Below, piece by piece: positions 1-8,643 of a stretch of DNA of 32,000 bases. The notes under the pieces are model-generated. The model made no database searches. It was not told where the DNA came from and worked only from the letters and a program-made list of their open reading frames with translations. Numbering within the stretch: position 1 is the first letter of the stretch; the number at the start of each line of letters is the position of its first letter. This stretch comes from Acaryochloris marina S15. Lineage in GTDB: Bacteria; Cyanobacteriota; Cyanobacteriia; Thermosynechococcales; Thermosynechococcaceae. Both the position numbers and the translations under genes were made by a program. The DNA lies in contig NZ_CP064923.1 in the NCBI RefSeq assembly GCF_018336915.1, positions 300,001 to 332,000 of the forward strand, in the 5' to 3' direction.

Positions 1-234
1 ATTACCGACAACGGTCCTGGCGTTCCCCCTGAGCTGCAAGGCAAAATTTTTGAGCCCTTTTTCACCACCAAACCCCCCGGTGAAGGCAGTGGTTTAGGTC
101 TTGACATTGTCCACAAAATAATTGACAAGCATCAGGGTACCCTAAGCTTGGACTCCGTTCCTGGCCGTACAACCTTTAGTGTGACCTTGCCCATATCTGT
201 CATTCCAACCCCTCAACCGACTCCTGCCCTATGA
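1..234 (+). CDS. Sensor histidine kinase, C-terminal fragment (HATPase_c); 5' end lies outside the window
   Basis: Frame 1 is open from base 1 to TGA at 232-234. The translation [41 protein letters not shown] carries the G1 (DNGPG), FEPFFTTK and G2 (GSGLGL) ATP-lid motifs. The stop overlaps the next ATG (ATGA at 231-234). Confidence 0.85.
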   Translation: MTDNGPGVPPELQGKIFEPFFTTKPPGEGSGLGLDIVHKIIDKHQGTLSLDSVPGRTTFSVTLPISVIPTPQPTPAL

Positions 235-626
235 CAAAACTGGCCATTCTTTGTGTTGATGACGAAGTCATTATTCTCAATAGCCTCCTGCGACAGCTGC
301 AAACTGCGTTTGACGATAACTACATCTATGAAACTGCCGAAAATGCTAGCGAAGCCTTGGAGCTGATTGAAGAACTGCAGGAAGAAAATACAGATCTGTT
401 AGTGATCGTGTCTGATTGGTTAATGCCTGGAGCTAAAGGAGATGAATTTCTGATTCAAGTCCATCAGAAGTTCCCCGGGGTGGTCAAGATTTTGCTGACC
501 GGTCAAGCCGATGAAGCGGCGGTAGAAAGAGCACAATCCCAGGCCAATCTGTTTAACTGTTTACGTAAACCTTGGAGTGAGAGTGATCTCATTCAATGTA
601 TTCAATCAGCCTTAGGGACGGTGTAA
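231..626 (+). CDS. Single-domain response regulator (CheY-like receiver)
   Basis: 131 aa. Receiver signature: VDDE acidic pocket, phospho-acceptor in VSDWLMPG, conserved LRKPW lysine. ATGA overlap with the upstream kinase. Confidence 0.9.
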   Translation: MTKLAILCVDDEVIILNSLLRQLQTAFDDNYIYETAENASEALELIEELQEENTDLLVIVSDWLMPGAKGDEFLIQVHQKFPGVVKILLTGQADEAAVERAQSQANLFNCLRKPWSESDLIQCIQSALGTV

Positions 627-641
627 AGACTAATCAGGACG

Positions 642-1916
642 ATGCCTAAACCCGTAATTGTTTGTGTAGATGATGAAGTCGCAGTATTAGATAGCCTCCG
701 GCGTGAGCTATCTGAAGTCTTTGAAGATAGCTGCGAAATAGAAACCGCTATGGGGGGCAAGGATGCCATTGCCCTGGTGCATGACCTGATCGAGGATGAA
801 TGCGATTTATCGGTGATCATTGCCGATTATCTGATGCCGGATATCAAAGGGGATGAGGTTTTACAACAAGTCCATCAGCTCTCCCCCCAAACCTTAAAAA
901 TCATGTTGACGGGGCAGGCTAATGTGGATGGCATTTCTAATGCGATTAATACCGCCCAGCTATATCACTATATTGCCAAGCCCTGGCAACCCGAAAATTT
1001 ACAGTTAACGGTGCGAGAAGCCCTCAATAGCTACCAGCTCGCTAAAAAAATTAAAGACTATCAGCAAACTCTAGAACGCAAAGTTGAAGAGCGCACTCAG
1101 GAATTATCCGCAATTCTGCATACCCTCCAAACCACCCAAGCCGAACTGATTCAGGCGGAAAAAATGGCTGCCCTAGGCCAGTTAGTGGCTGGTGTGGCCC
1201 ATGAAATTAACACGCCAGTGGGAAATGCCCTATTAGCTGCCTCTGTTCTGAACAACGAGACCGGTTCCTTAACACAAGCCTTCGACCAGGGGGGGCTAAA
1301 ACGGTCTGCTTTGGTCAGCTATTTACAGACAGCCCAAGAGAGTAGTGGTCTGATCTTGCAAAATCTCCATGGGGCGGCGGCCCTCATTCAAAACTTCAAG
1401 CAAGTTGCAGTCGATCAAACCAGTCATGAACAACGAGAGTTTCAGATCATCCCGTATATTGAGAGTGTATTGACTAATTTGGAGCCGAAATTAAAACAGA
1501 CTCGCCATAGGGTGACGGTCTCAGGGGATGCTGCTCTAAAAACTACTAGTTATCCAGGAGCACTGTCGCAAGTGGCGACCAATTTTGTCATGAATTCCCT
1601 TTTGCATGCCTACCAACCTGGAGAGGCAGGGCAATTAAAATTTAATGTGACTCAACAACAGAATCAGATCATTCTGGAATATACCGATGATGGTTGCGGC
1701 ATTCCTGCAGAAGATCAGCCTAAGATTTTTGAGCCATTCTTTACAACGGGACGAGATCGCGGGGGAAGTGGCTTAGGTTTACATATTGTTCATAATCTAG
1801 TCACCCAAACCCTAGGAGGAACCGTATCTTGTCAGAGTGAGGTTGCCGTGGGAACCCAGTTTAAGCTGCAGTTACCCTTGACCTTAGCAAAAGGGGGGTC
1901 TCATGCCCGAGGATAA
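642..1916 (+). CDS. Hybrid response regulator-histidine kinase (N-terminal receiver, coiled coil, HisKA and HATPase_c)
   Basis: 424 aa. Receiver motifs VDDE, ADYLMPD and IAKPW. H-box VAHEINTPVGN, N-box NFVMNSLLHAY, G1 DDGCGI, G2 GGSGLGL. No predicted sensor or transmembrane region. Confidence 0.9.
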   Translation: MPKPVIVCVDDEVAVLDSLRRELSEVFEDSCEIETAMGGKDAIALVHDLIEDECDLSVIIADYLMPDIKGDEVLQQVHQLSPQTLKIMLTGQANVDGISNAINTAQLYHYIAKPWQPENLQLTVREALNSYQLAKKIKDYQQTLERKVEERTQELSAILHTLQTTQAELIQAEKMAALGQLVAGVAHEINTPVGNALLAASVLNNETGSLTQAFDQGGLKRSALVSYLQTAQESSGLILQNLHGAAALIQNFKQVAVDQTSHEQREFQIIPYIESVLTNLEPKLKQTRHRVTVSGDAALKTTSYPGALSQVATNFVMNSLLHAYQPGEAGQLKFNVTQQQNQIILEYTDDGCGIPAEDQPKIFEPFFTTGRDRGGSGLGLHIVHNLVTQTLGGTVSCQSEVAVGTQFKLQLPLTLAKGGSHARG

Positions 1917-3159
1917 GCCCTTGACCGGAACCTTAGAAGCCGATGATGAGCTCCAATTTTTAGAGGAGTTATCCTATCATTCCTCGAAGGAGGCTATGCC
2001 AGGGGGGTGGAAAGTCATTGTGGTGGATGATGAAGAACAGGTGCATGAGGTGACGCGTCTCGCCCTGAAAAACTTCAAGTTTGCCGATAAGCCTCTGGAA
2101 ATTATCTCTGCTTATTCCAGTGAAGAAGCCCAACAGTTGTTGGACCAAAACCCAGATACAGCCGTATTGCTGTTAGATGTGGTGATGGAGACGGATAAGG
2201 CTGGCCTAGAGCTGGTCAAGCATATTCGTGATCATTTGCACAACATCTTTGTACGGATTATTTTACGCACCGGTCAGCCGGGCAGCGCTCCAGAAAAAGC
2301 GGTGATTGAAGGGTATGACATCAATGACTACAAAACCAAAACCGAACTCACCCAACAAAAACTCTTTTCCACTTTAATCACTGCCATTCGGTCTTACCGA
2401 GATTTACTGACTGTCGAAGAAAGTCGTCAACAGATTGCGTCCTTAAACCAACAGTTAGAAGACGCCAAACTCAGTTTGGAGAACAAGGTCAAAGAACGCA
2501 CCCAGGCGCTGCAGCAGCAAACCTTGGCTTTGGCGGCCAAAAACAAGCAGCTAGAAGAAGAGATTCAAGCCAAACTCTATGCCCAGCAAGCTTTAGAAGC
2601 AACCAATAAAAAGCTGGATGAAGCCAACAAGCAGCTGTCTCTGATTGCCAATCATGATGCCCTCACGGGGTTGGCGAATCGCCGCCGTTTTGATGAGTAT
2701 CTACAGCAAATTTGGAAGCAGACCCAGCGCGAACAACAGCCCTTAAGCCTCTTGATTTGTGATATTGATTTTTTCAAGCAGTATAACGATACCTATGGGC
2801 ACTTAGAAGGAGATATTTGCCTCCGAACCGTAGCCCAAAAAATTCATCAAACCATTGTTCGCCCCCTAGATTTGGTGGCCCGCTTTGGGGGTGAGGAATT
2901 TGCGATTGTTTTGCCCAGTACCGACCTAGAAGGCGGTCAGGTTGTGGCCGAACGACTGAGGACGATCATTCATCAGTCTCAACTCCCCCATCGTGGATCC
3001 TCGGTGAGTGAATTTGTGACCGTTAGCATTGGAGTAGCGACGGTGCGATCGCACATCCATACCTCGGTTTCAAGCTTAATCAGCCGAGCAGATCAGGCCC
3101 TCTACCAGGCGAAACAATCTGGGCGGGACCAGGTGATCGCTCTATCTTTAACAGGGTAG
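1903..3159 (+). CDS. Response regulator-diguanylate cyclase (receiver, coiled coil, GGDEF)
   Basis: 418 aa. Receiver motifs VVDDEE, LLLDVVM and DYKTKT. Long heptad-like linker. GGDEF domain with GGEEF active site and an RPLD I-site 5 residues upstream. Overlaps the upstream gene by 14 nt. Confidence 0.9.
   Translation: MPEDKPLTGTLEADDELQFLEELSYHSSKEAMPGGWKVIVVDDEEQVHEVTRLALKNFKFADKPLEIISAYSSEEAQQLLDQNPDTAVLLLDVVMETDKAGLELVKHIRDHLHNIFVRIILRTGQPGSAPEKAVIEGYDINDYKTKTELTQQKLFSTLITAIRSYRDLLTVEESRQQIASLNQQLEDAKLSLENKVKERTQALQQQTLALAAKNKQLEEEIQAKLYAQQALEATNKKLDEANKQLSLIANHDALTGLANRRRFDEYLQQIWKQTQREQQPLSLLICDIDFFKQYNDTYGHLEGDICLRTVAQKIHQTIVRPLDLVARFGGEEFAIVLPSTDLEGGQVVAERLRTIIHQSQLPHRGSSVSEFVTVSIGVATVRSHIHTSVSSLISRADQALYQAKQSGRDQVIALSLTG
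3045..3052. repeat. HIP1 octamer GCGATCGC
   Basis: Exact palindromic 8-mer, within a GGDEF gene. Confidence 0.9.
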
Positions 3160-3238
3160 GTCTTTCAGATTTAGCAGAGTGTGATTTATAGACAGCCTGG
3201 GAACACTGGATGTAATGTGCGAGATCAGCTGAACGGCC

Positions 3239-4285
3239 ATGCAAGACGTCAATGCTCCCTCATTCCCCTTTATGGAGGCTCCCAGGACATCAACCCATCG
3301 GGGAGCTGATCAGGACCGACCCGTCATTCTGATTGCGGAAGATGATCGGATGACGCGAGCCATGATCAGTCATATCCTGGCCAATGATGGGTATCGAGTC
3401 GTGGAAGCAGAGGATGGCGAAACCTGTTTGGCTGCTTACCAAAAGAGCCCGCCTAACCTAGTGTTGTTAGACGCCATGATGCCGGGGATGAATGGCTTTG
3501 AATGCTGTGGCGAAATTATGAAGCTGCCTGAGAGTGCTTACACCCCCATTTTGATGATTACGGGATTAGAAGACCAGACCTCCGTAGACTGGGCCTTCGA
3601 TGTGGGGGCCTCAGACTATATTACGAAACCCATTCATTGGCCAGTATTGCGGCAGCGAGTGCGGATTCAGTTAGAGAGAACCCAACTCTATAAGCAACTG
3701 GAAGAAGCTAATCGAAAACTGACCCATTTAGCTTCTATTGATGAACTCACCCAGCTCCCGAATCGCCGAGTCTTTTCCGAAACCCTGCAACGAGAATGGC
3801 GACGCATGGCTCGTGAGAAATGTCATCTTTCTTTGATTTTGGGGGATATTGATTGTTTTAAGGCCTATAACGATACCTATGGCCATCTGTTTGGAGATAA
3901 CTGCTTGTTCCAAGTGGCGAGTGTCATTGGCCAATGTGTCAAACGGCCGGGGGATATCCCAGCCCGTTATGGCGGAGAAGAATTTGCCGTTATTCTCCCG
4001 AATACACCCCTTGAAGGAGCGGCCCATGTGGCAGAAGAAATTGGTCAAGCCGTAAGGGCCCTCGCGATTCCCCATAAAAATTCTGTTGCCAGTCCCCATG
4101 TCACTCTCAGCATGGGGGTTGCTAGTGTGGTCCCTGATTTACAATCCATGGGATCTGAAACCCTCTTGATTTTGGCAGCTGATAAGGTTTTGTATCAAGC
4201 GAAGTCAGAAGGACGCGATCGCGTCCAGGTCGACCATACCTTACGAAATACAGGATCTGCGATCCCTTGCCCAGAGGAAGTTTAA
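3239..4285 (+). CDS. Response regulator-diguanylate cyclase (receiver and GGDEF)
   Basis: 348 aa. Receiver motifs AEDD, LLDAMMPG and YITKP. GGDEF domain with GGEEF and an RPGD I-site. Confidence 0.9.
   Translation: MQDVNAPSFPFMEAPRTSTHRGADQDRPVILIAEDDRMTRAMISHILANDGYRVVEAEDGETCLAAYQKSPPNLVLLDAMMPGMNGFECCGEIMKLPESAYTPILMITGLEDQTSVDWAFDVGASDYITKPIHWPVLRQRVRIQLERTQLYKQLEEANRKLTHLASIDELTQLPNRRVFSETLQREWRRMAREKCHLSLILGDIDCFKAYNDTYGHLFGDNCLFQVASVIGQCVKRPGDIPARYGGEEFAVILPNTPLEGAAHVAEEIGQAVRALAIPHKNSVASPHVTLSMGVASVVPDLQSMGSETLLILAADKVLYQAKSEGRDRVQVDHTLRNTGSAIPCPEEV
4215..4222. repeat. HIP1 octamer GCGATCGC (core of the 16-nt palindrome GGACGCGATCGCGTCC, 4211-4226)
   Basis: Exact 8-mer. The extended perfect palindrome was read directly from the sequence. 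Confidence 0.9.
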
Positions 4286-4362
4286 CCTCTTAGCTTGCAA
4301 CCGGTTCCTAGATAACCCCTGATTGATGCAGCCTGTCGATTTTAGTCGAGGTTAACTACTAG

Positions 4363-4382
4363 GAGCGCAGTGCACTGCGCTC
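4363..4382. terminator. Perfect 20-nt palindrome between convergent genes (possible bidirectional terminator hairpin)
   Basis: GAGCGCAGTGCACTGCGCTC is its own reverse complement. It lies between the + gene ending at 4285 and the - gene whose stop is at 4381-4383. No flanking U-tract. Confidence 0.35.
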
Positions 4383-5508
4383 AATACAGCTCGTACTTCA
4401 AGAACTGACAGGGAATCGATCCATTGTTGACTGCTGTGCGTTGGCAAGATTTGAGGCCAATCGATTGGGACAAGGCTTTGTTCCCACTTAAGACAAATGC
4501 TGTCCAGCCTTTGAAGCGTTGTTTGAAAATTTGCCCCAATTGACGATAGAAATCCCCCAGCTCCCGAGGATCTCCCAAACGCTCGCCATAGGGCGGGTTG
4601 CAGATCAGGATGCCGCTATCGGTGGGAGGTTCAACATTCTGTAAGTCGATGGATTCAAACCAGATATGGTCTACGACGTTGCAATTCTGGGCGTTGAGGT
4701 GGGCTTGTTCAATCACCTCTGCATCCTGATCACTGCCCCAAATGGGCATGGGTAGTCGAGAGAGCTGCTGCTCTCTCGACTCAGCTTGCAACGAGTGCCA
4801 CAGCGATTCATCAAAATCTGGCCAGGTTTGAAAGCCAAACTGCTGTCGAAATACGCCTGGTGCAATTTGTAGACCCTGTAAACAGGCTTCCAAGGGCAAG
4901 GTGCCGGATCCACAGAGGGGGTCCATAAACGCTAAATCGGATTGCCAGCCTGACAGGCGGATCAGAGCAGCGGCCAAAGATTCTTTCAAGGGAGCGGCCC
5001 CGACAGCCGGACGATAGCCCCGTCGATGGAGACTGCTGCCAGAACTATCCAAACTGACGACACAGCCATCCTGATGGAGATGGACGTTGATTCGCACGTC
5101 TGGAGTTTGGGTATCGATGTGCGATCTCGCCCCGAATTGCTGCCGCTGTTGATCGACAATGGCATTTTTAACCTGTAGGGCTGTGAAGTGACTATGGTTA
5201 AGTTGCGGCGTTTTTCCGGTAGCATCGACAGCCAATGTGTAGTCTGGGGTTAAATACTCCTGCCAAGGCAACGTTTGAATGCCTTGATAGAGATCCTCTG
5301 CATCTTGGCAAGGGAATGTGTCTAGGCGCAGGAGAATTCGAAACGGCAGTCTGGCCCAGAGATTTACGTGGTATAGCAATTTGCGATCGCCCTGAAAAGC
5401 CACCCCGCAGAATCCGGGCTCAACGGATTCCGCCCCTAGTTCTGCCAGTTCTTCAGCTGCTAAGGACTCTAATCCTCGGGCAACGGTTGCAAAATATTGT
5501 CTGGGCAT
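4381..5508 (-). CDS. THUMP-domain class I SAM-dependent RNA methyltransferase (RlmL / COG0116-like)
   Basis: ORF-track frame. N-terminus YFATVARGLESLAAEEL is typical of the THUMP family, and NPPYGERLG is the catalytic motif IV. I prefer ATG at 5508 (GAGAGG 8 nt upstream) over the track start at 5550. Confidence 0.85.
   Translation of the reverse strand: MPRQYFATVARGLESLAAEELAELGAESVEPGFCGVAFQGDRKLLYHVNLWARLPFRILLRLDTFPCQDAEDLYQGIQTLPWQEYLTPDYTLAVDATGKTPQLNHSHFTALQVKNAIVDQQRQQFGARSHIDTQTPDVRINVHLHQDGCVVSLDSSGSSLHRRGYRPAVGAAPLKESLAAALIRLSGWQSDLAFMDPLCGSGTLPLEACLQGLQIAPGVFRQQFGFQTWPDFDESLWHSLQAESREQQLSRLPMPIWGSDQDAEVIEQAHLNAQNCNVVDHIWFESIDLQNVEPPTDSGILICNPPYGERLGDPRELGDFYRQLGQIFKQRFKGWTAFVLSGNKALSQSIGLKSCQRTAVNNGSIPCQFLKYELY
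5383..5390. repeat. HIP1 octamer GCGATCGC
   Basis: Exact 8-mer, within the methyltransferase gene. Confidence 0.9.
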
Positions 5509-5706
5509 CACAGGGACCTCTCTAGAGTGGGCGGGATAATCCCCAGCCACGACATCGCTTTGCCTATTGAAGCATTTTGGTTCGCCAACTTTATGGATGC
5601 CGTTATTTTCTCGAGAAAGGAGATAGTATGGATAGCCCTGAACAGGATAAAATTCAAACTGGATAGGCTTTGGTTTATCTTGCTATTCGTTTCGGAAAAC
5701 TAACCC

Positions 5707-7026
5707 ATGATTCATGAAGTGTTTATGCCTGCCCTCAGCTCCACGATGGAGGAGGGAAAAATTGTCTCTTGGTCTAAGGAGCCCGGTGACAAGGTAGAAA
5801 AGGGTGAAACGGTTCTGGTTGTTGAATCTGACAAGGCAGATATGGATGTGGAATCCTTCTATGGGGGATATCTAGCAGCCATTGCAGTGCCTGCAGGTGG
5901 TGTTGCCAAAGTGGGTGCGGCCATTGGCTATGTTGCTGAAACGGAAGCAGAAATTTCTGAAGCGCAAAAGAAAGCGGCTGCGGCTGAGTCTGCTGCCCCG
6001 GCTCCAGCAGTTGCCCCGGCCCCGGCTCCAGCTCCCGCCGCTCCAGTAGCTGCCCCGGCCCCAGCTCCCATCGCTACTGCTCCAGTGGCCCCAGCAGCAA
6101 CCCTGAATGGGGGAAGTGCACCCGCTGCTCCTGCCAACGGTAGAGTTGTGGTTTCACCTCGGGCTCGGAAGCTCGCCAAACAATTTAAAGTAGATCTCAA
6201 TACCCTAACGGGCAGTGGTCCCCATGGTCGCATTGTGGCTGCAGATATAGAAGCAGCCTCAGGCCAAACGACGACCGCCACAACTACGGCCCCAGCGGCC
6301 GCGCCTCAACCATCGCTACCTGCCCCTGCGCCTTTACCTGCAGCAGCGGCAGCAGGCGAAGTGGTTCCTTTCAATACCTTGCAGCAGGCTGTCGTCAACA
6401 ATATGGTGGCGAGTCTGGCCGTGCCCACCTTCCATGTGGAATATTCCATCGTTACAGATGCTCTAGACCAGCTTTATAAGCAGGTGAAGAGCAAAGGCGT
6501 CACTATGACGGCACTATTAGCCAAAGCCGTAGCCGTGACCCTGCGCCAACATCCCCTCGTGAATGCCAGCTGTGCTCCTCAAGGAATCCAGTACAGCAGT
6601 TCTATCAATATTGCCGTGGCGGTGGCGATGCCGGGTGGCGGTTTGATTACGCCGGTTTTGCAGCAGGCCGATCAGATGGATTTATATTCTCTCTCTCGGA
6701 CTTGGAAAGATTTGGTGGCTCGCGCTCGCAGCAAACAGCTCCAGCCGGATGAGTACAGTACCGGCACTTTTACCCTCTCTAATCTAGGCATGTTTGGGGT
6801 AAATAGCTTTGATGCCATTTTGCCTCCAGGACAAGGATCGATTCTGGCGATTGGTGGGTCTAAGCCTCAAGTGGTGGCGGATGCTAAGGGCATGATGGGT
6901 GTGAAGCGACTGATGAATGTCAACATCACCTGCGATCACCGGGTGATCTATGGTGCTGATGCAGCGGCCTTCTTAAAAGATTTAGCTGAGTTGATTGAAA
7001 CTAATCCTCAATCTCTGACTCTGTAG
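5707..7026 (+). CDS. pdhC: Dihydrolipoamide acetyltransferase, E2 component of pyruvate dehydrogenase
   Basis: 439 aa. Lipoyl domain with the ESDKADM lipoyl-lysine motif. Peripheral subunit-binding domain SPRARKLAKQFKVDLNTLTGSGPHGRI. Catalytic DHRVIYGA motif. Confidence 0.93.
   Translation: MIHEVFMPALSSTMEEGKIVSWSKEPGDKVEKGETVLVVESDKADMDVESFYGGYLAAIAVPAGGVAKVGAAIGYVAETEAEISEAQKKAAAAESAAPAPAVAPAPAPAPAAPVAAPAPAPIATAPVAPAATLNGGSAPAAPANGRVVVSPRARKLAKQFKVDLNTLTGSGPHGRIVAADIEAASGQTTTATTTAPAAAPQPSLPAPAPLPAAAAAGEVVPFNTLQQAVVNNMVASLAVPTFHVEYSIVTDALDQLYKQVKSKGVTMTALLAKAVAVTLRQHPLVNASCAPQGIQYSSSINIAVAVAMPGGGLITPVLQQADQMDLYSLSRTWKDLVARARSKQLQPDEYSTGTFTLSNLGMFGVNSFDAILPPGQGSILAIGGSKPQVVADAKGMMGVKRLMNVNITCDHRVIYGADAAAFLKDLAELIETNPQSLTL
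5974..6129 (+). repeat. Ala/Pro-rich low-complexity linker coding region inside pdhC (second linker about 6268-6357)
   Basis: Encodes AAAAESAAPAPAVAPAPAPAPAAPVAAPAPAPIATAPVAPAATLNGGSAPAA. Near-repeats of GCCCCGGCCCC(G/A)GCTCC at the nucleotide level. This is the typical flexible E2 linker. Confidence 0.8.
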
Positions 7027-7030
7027 GCAA

Positions 7031-7080
7031 TAGACGGCAGCTTAACAATGAGGCTCCTCCTCTTATTAAGCTGCTGTCTA
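7031..7080 (+). terminator. Long stem-loop immediately after the pdhC stop
   Basis: TAGACGGCAGCTTAA (7031-7045) pairs with TTAAGCTGCTGTCTA (7066-7080). That gives 15 bp including one G-U, with a 20-nt loop. No U-tract. Confidence 0.45.
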
Positions 7081-7097
7081 CAGCGCATCGCAATTGC

Positions 7098-7130
7098 ACA
7101 CCTAAAAATTGATCTGTTTATTTTAGGTGT
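7098..7130 (-). terminator. Stem-loop immediately after the stop of the FIST gene
   Basis: ACACCTAAAA (7098-7107) pairs with TTTTAGGTGT (7121-7130). That gives 10 bp with a 13-nt loop, 3 nt from the stop codon at 7134-7136. Confidence 0.4.
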
Positions 7131-7133
7131 GAA

Positions 7134-8387
7134 TTAATCGTCTTGGCTGCGGAAGATACCAAAGGCGGCTGTATAGCCATGGAGAAACGTCGTGCCCGCA
7201 ATGGGACCAATTTCACCATTACAGAAAAAACCGCTGATAGGAATGTCTTGAAAATAGCGTCTAAACAGTTGAGAGTCGAAGTCCGACTCCCCATAGAACC
7301 GCTCTCCCCGTCCTAAGCAATCAAACATCAAGGCTGCTGTCGGTTGAGACTGGTCTTGAGGAGATTTCTGAAAATAGTTTTGGAGCAGTTCTTCCAGTTC
7401 ATCGGCAGAGGCTTGGGCATCTCGTAGGTGGAATTGAATTCGTTGTCCAGGGCGGATGCGATCGCCAATGGCAATGGCACCAATCCGAGGGTCCACCCCA
7501 ATCAAGTTGCGAATCAAAAAATCGCCCGGTTCCAGGTTTTGCTTAAACTCATTACAGACAATGCCGACAGAGAGGGAATGCTGGGCTAATTCTCGTTCGT
7601 CCTCGTCCAAATCCTGCACCAAAGTTTGCAGGGCTTCCAAGGGAGTTTGCAACTCCACCTCATCCGTATTAAACGTGGCCTCCACCGGGACGATTTGCTC
7701 TTCTACCTGCAGCACGACATTACGCTCAGCTTCAGCGACCCGATAGGGTTGACCAATGGGCCGACAGCCTTGGGCCACAATCGTTTCGACCATGATATTC
7801 CCACTCAGGGCAACGCCTACCGTACCCTCGCGATAAAGCTGATCGTCGCAGAACAGACCACTGCCGCTCCATGAAGATCGGCCACTGGCGAGACCGCCAA
7901 TTTTGACTGCACCCGGATAGGCATAATCTAGCCCTTGCAGCAGATCACTGATTTTTGAGCTAGAGGGATCGGCAAACAGAATGAAATGGGGCTGATGGGC
8001 AGGATCCACTTCTAGTAACTCGGTCCAGGTCAAAGGCGCACTATCCGGATCGGGCAGCTCATCCTCATAAATATGAAAGGTCTGAATCTCGACACCGGGT
8101 AAGGAGGCCAGGGTAAGGGTGATACCAGGTTCTTCTTCAATTTCTGCTGTAGACCCGCCTGGGGTCGGGCCGATCACACCATTCCCTCCACAGCCAATAA
8201 AATGCTGAACGGGCAATTTATCTTCCAGCAGGGGCTGTAACCGAGGGAATTCGCTAGCAAAGGTAGTCGAGATGAACAGAATGGCCAAATCTGCAGGGGC
8301 ATCTAAGGATTGCAATGCCGTTGCAATCACTTCATCCAGTGCAGCTTCTAGAGAGGGTTGTGTCGATAGTGCACTAGCCCACTTCAT
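7134..8387 (-). CDS. FIST-domain signal-transduction protein (FIST_N and FIST_C)
   Basis: 417 aa. The overall pattern and the C-terminal GFFCNGEIGPI motif are recognised as FIST_C. No transmembrane or output domain. Confidence 0.75.
   Translation of the reverse strand: MKWASALSTQPSLEAALDEVIATALQSLDAPADLAILFISTTFASEFPRLQPLLEDKLPVQHFIGCGGNGVIGPTPGGSTAEIEEEPGITLTLASLPGVEIQTFHIYEDELPDPDSAPLTWTELLEVDPAHQPHFILFADPSSSKISDLLQGLDYAYPGAVKIGGLASGRSSWSGSGLFCDDQLYREGTVGVALSGNIMVETIVAQGCRPIGQPYRVAEAERNVVLQVEEQIVPVEATFNTDEVELQTPLEALQTLVQDLDEDERELAQHSLSVGIVCNEFKQNLEPGDFLIRNLIGVDPRIGAIAIGDRIRPGQRIQFHLRDAQASADELEELLQNYFQKSPQDQSQPTAALMFDCLGRGERFYGESDFDSQLFRRYFQDIPISGFFCNGEIGPIAGTTFLHGYTAAFGIFRSQDD
7458..7465. 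repeat. HIP1 octamer GCGATCGC
   Basis: Exact 8-mer, within the FIST gene. Confidence 0.9.
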
Positions 8388-8612
8388 CTTTTCTCCTTAG
8401 GAGGGTTCCCTGACATCATGTCTGCTTTATTCCAGAACATTGACTGGCCTGATCGACGGAAGAGCGGTAACCCCGAAAGGAGTAATCCCAAGAACACTCT
8501 AATATGTCTGTTGATGCTTTGACAGTGATCCACTAGGGATAGCTGCCTTTCGTTAAGATCGAAGGGGCAACAGCCAGTATCCTAGATACATTCCTTCGAT
8601 TCATCTTCTAGT

Positions 8613-8631
8613 GTGAGGAGTCTCTCCTCAC
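8613..8631 (+). promoter_or_regulatory. Inverted repeat (8 bp stem, 3 nt loop) 12 nt upstream of the sufU-like start
   Basis: GTGAGGAG-TCT-CTCCTCAC. It contains the only SD-like GAGGAG in the leader, but 23 nt from the ATG at 8644. Confidence 0.3.
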
Positions 8632-8643
8632 TGTCTTAAGATT

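Noticed and set aside
3728-4099. 123-aa minus-strand ORF and 68-aa plus-strand ORF (3849-4055) inside the second GGDEF gene
   Set aside because: They are embedded in a well-supported GGDEF domain. They have no motifs and no ribosome-binding site.
4713-5703. ORFs 4713-4913, 4986-5225, 5235-5525 and 5497-5703 overlapping the THUMP methyltransferase gene and its upstream region
   Set aside because: They are alternative-frame or antisense to a gene with clear family motifs. Their compositions are implausible.
5928-6281. 117-aa minus-strand ORF rich in Ala and Gly
   Set aside because: It is the antisense image of the Ala/Pro-rich linker of pdhC. GC-rich low-complexity sequence stays open on the opposite strand by chance. 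It has no ribosome-binding site.
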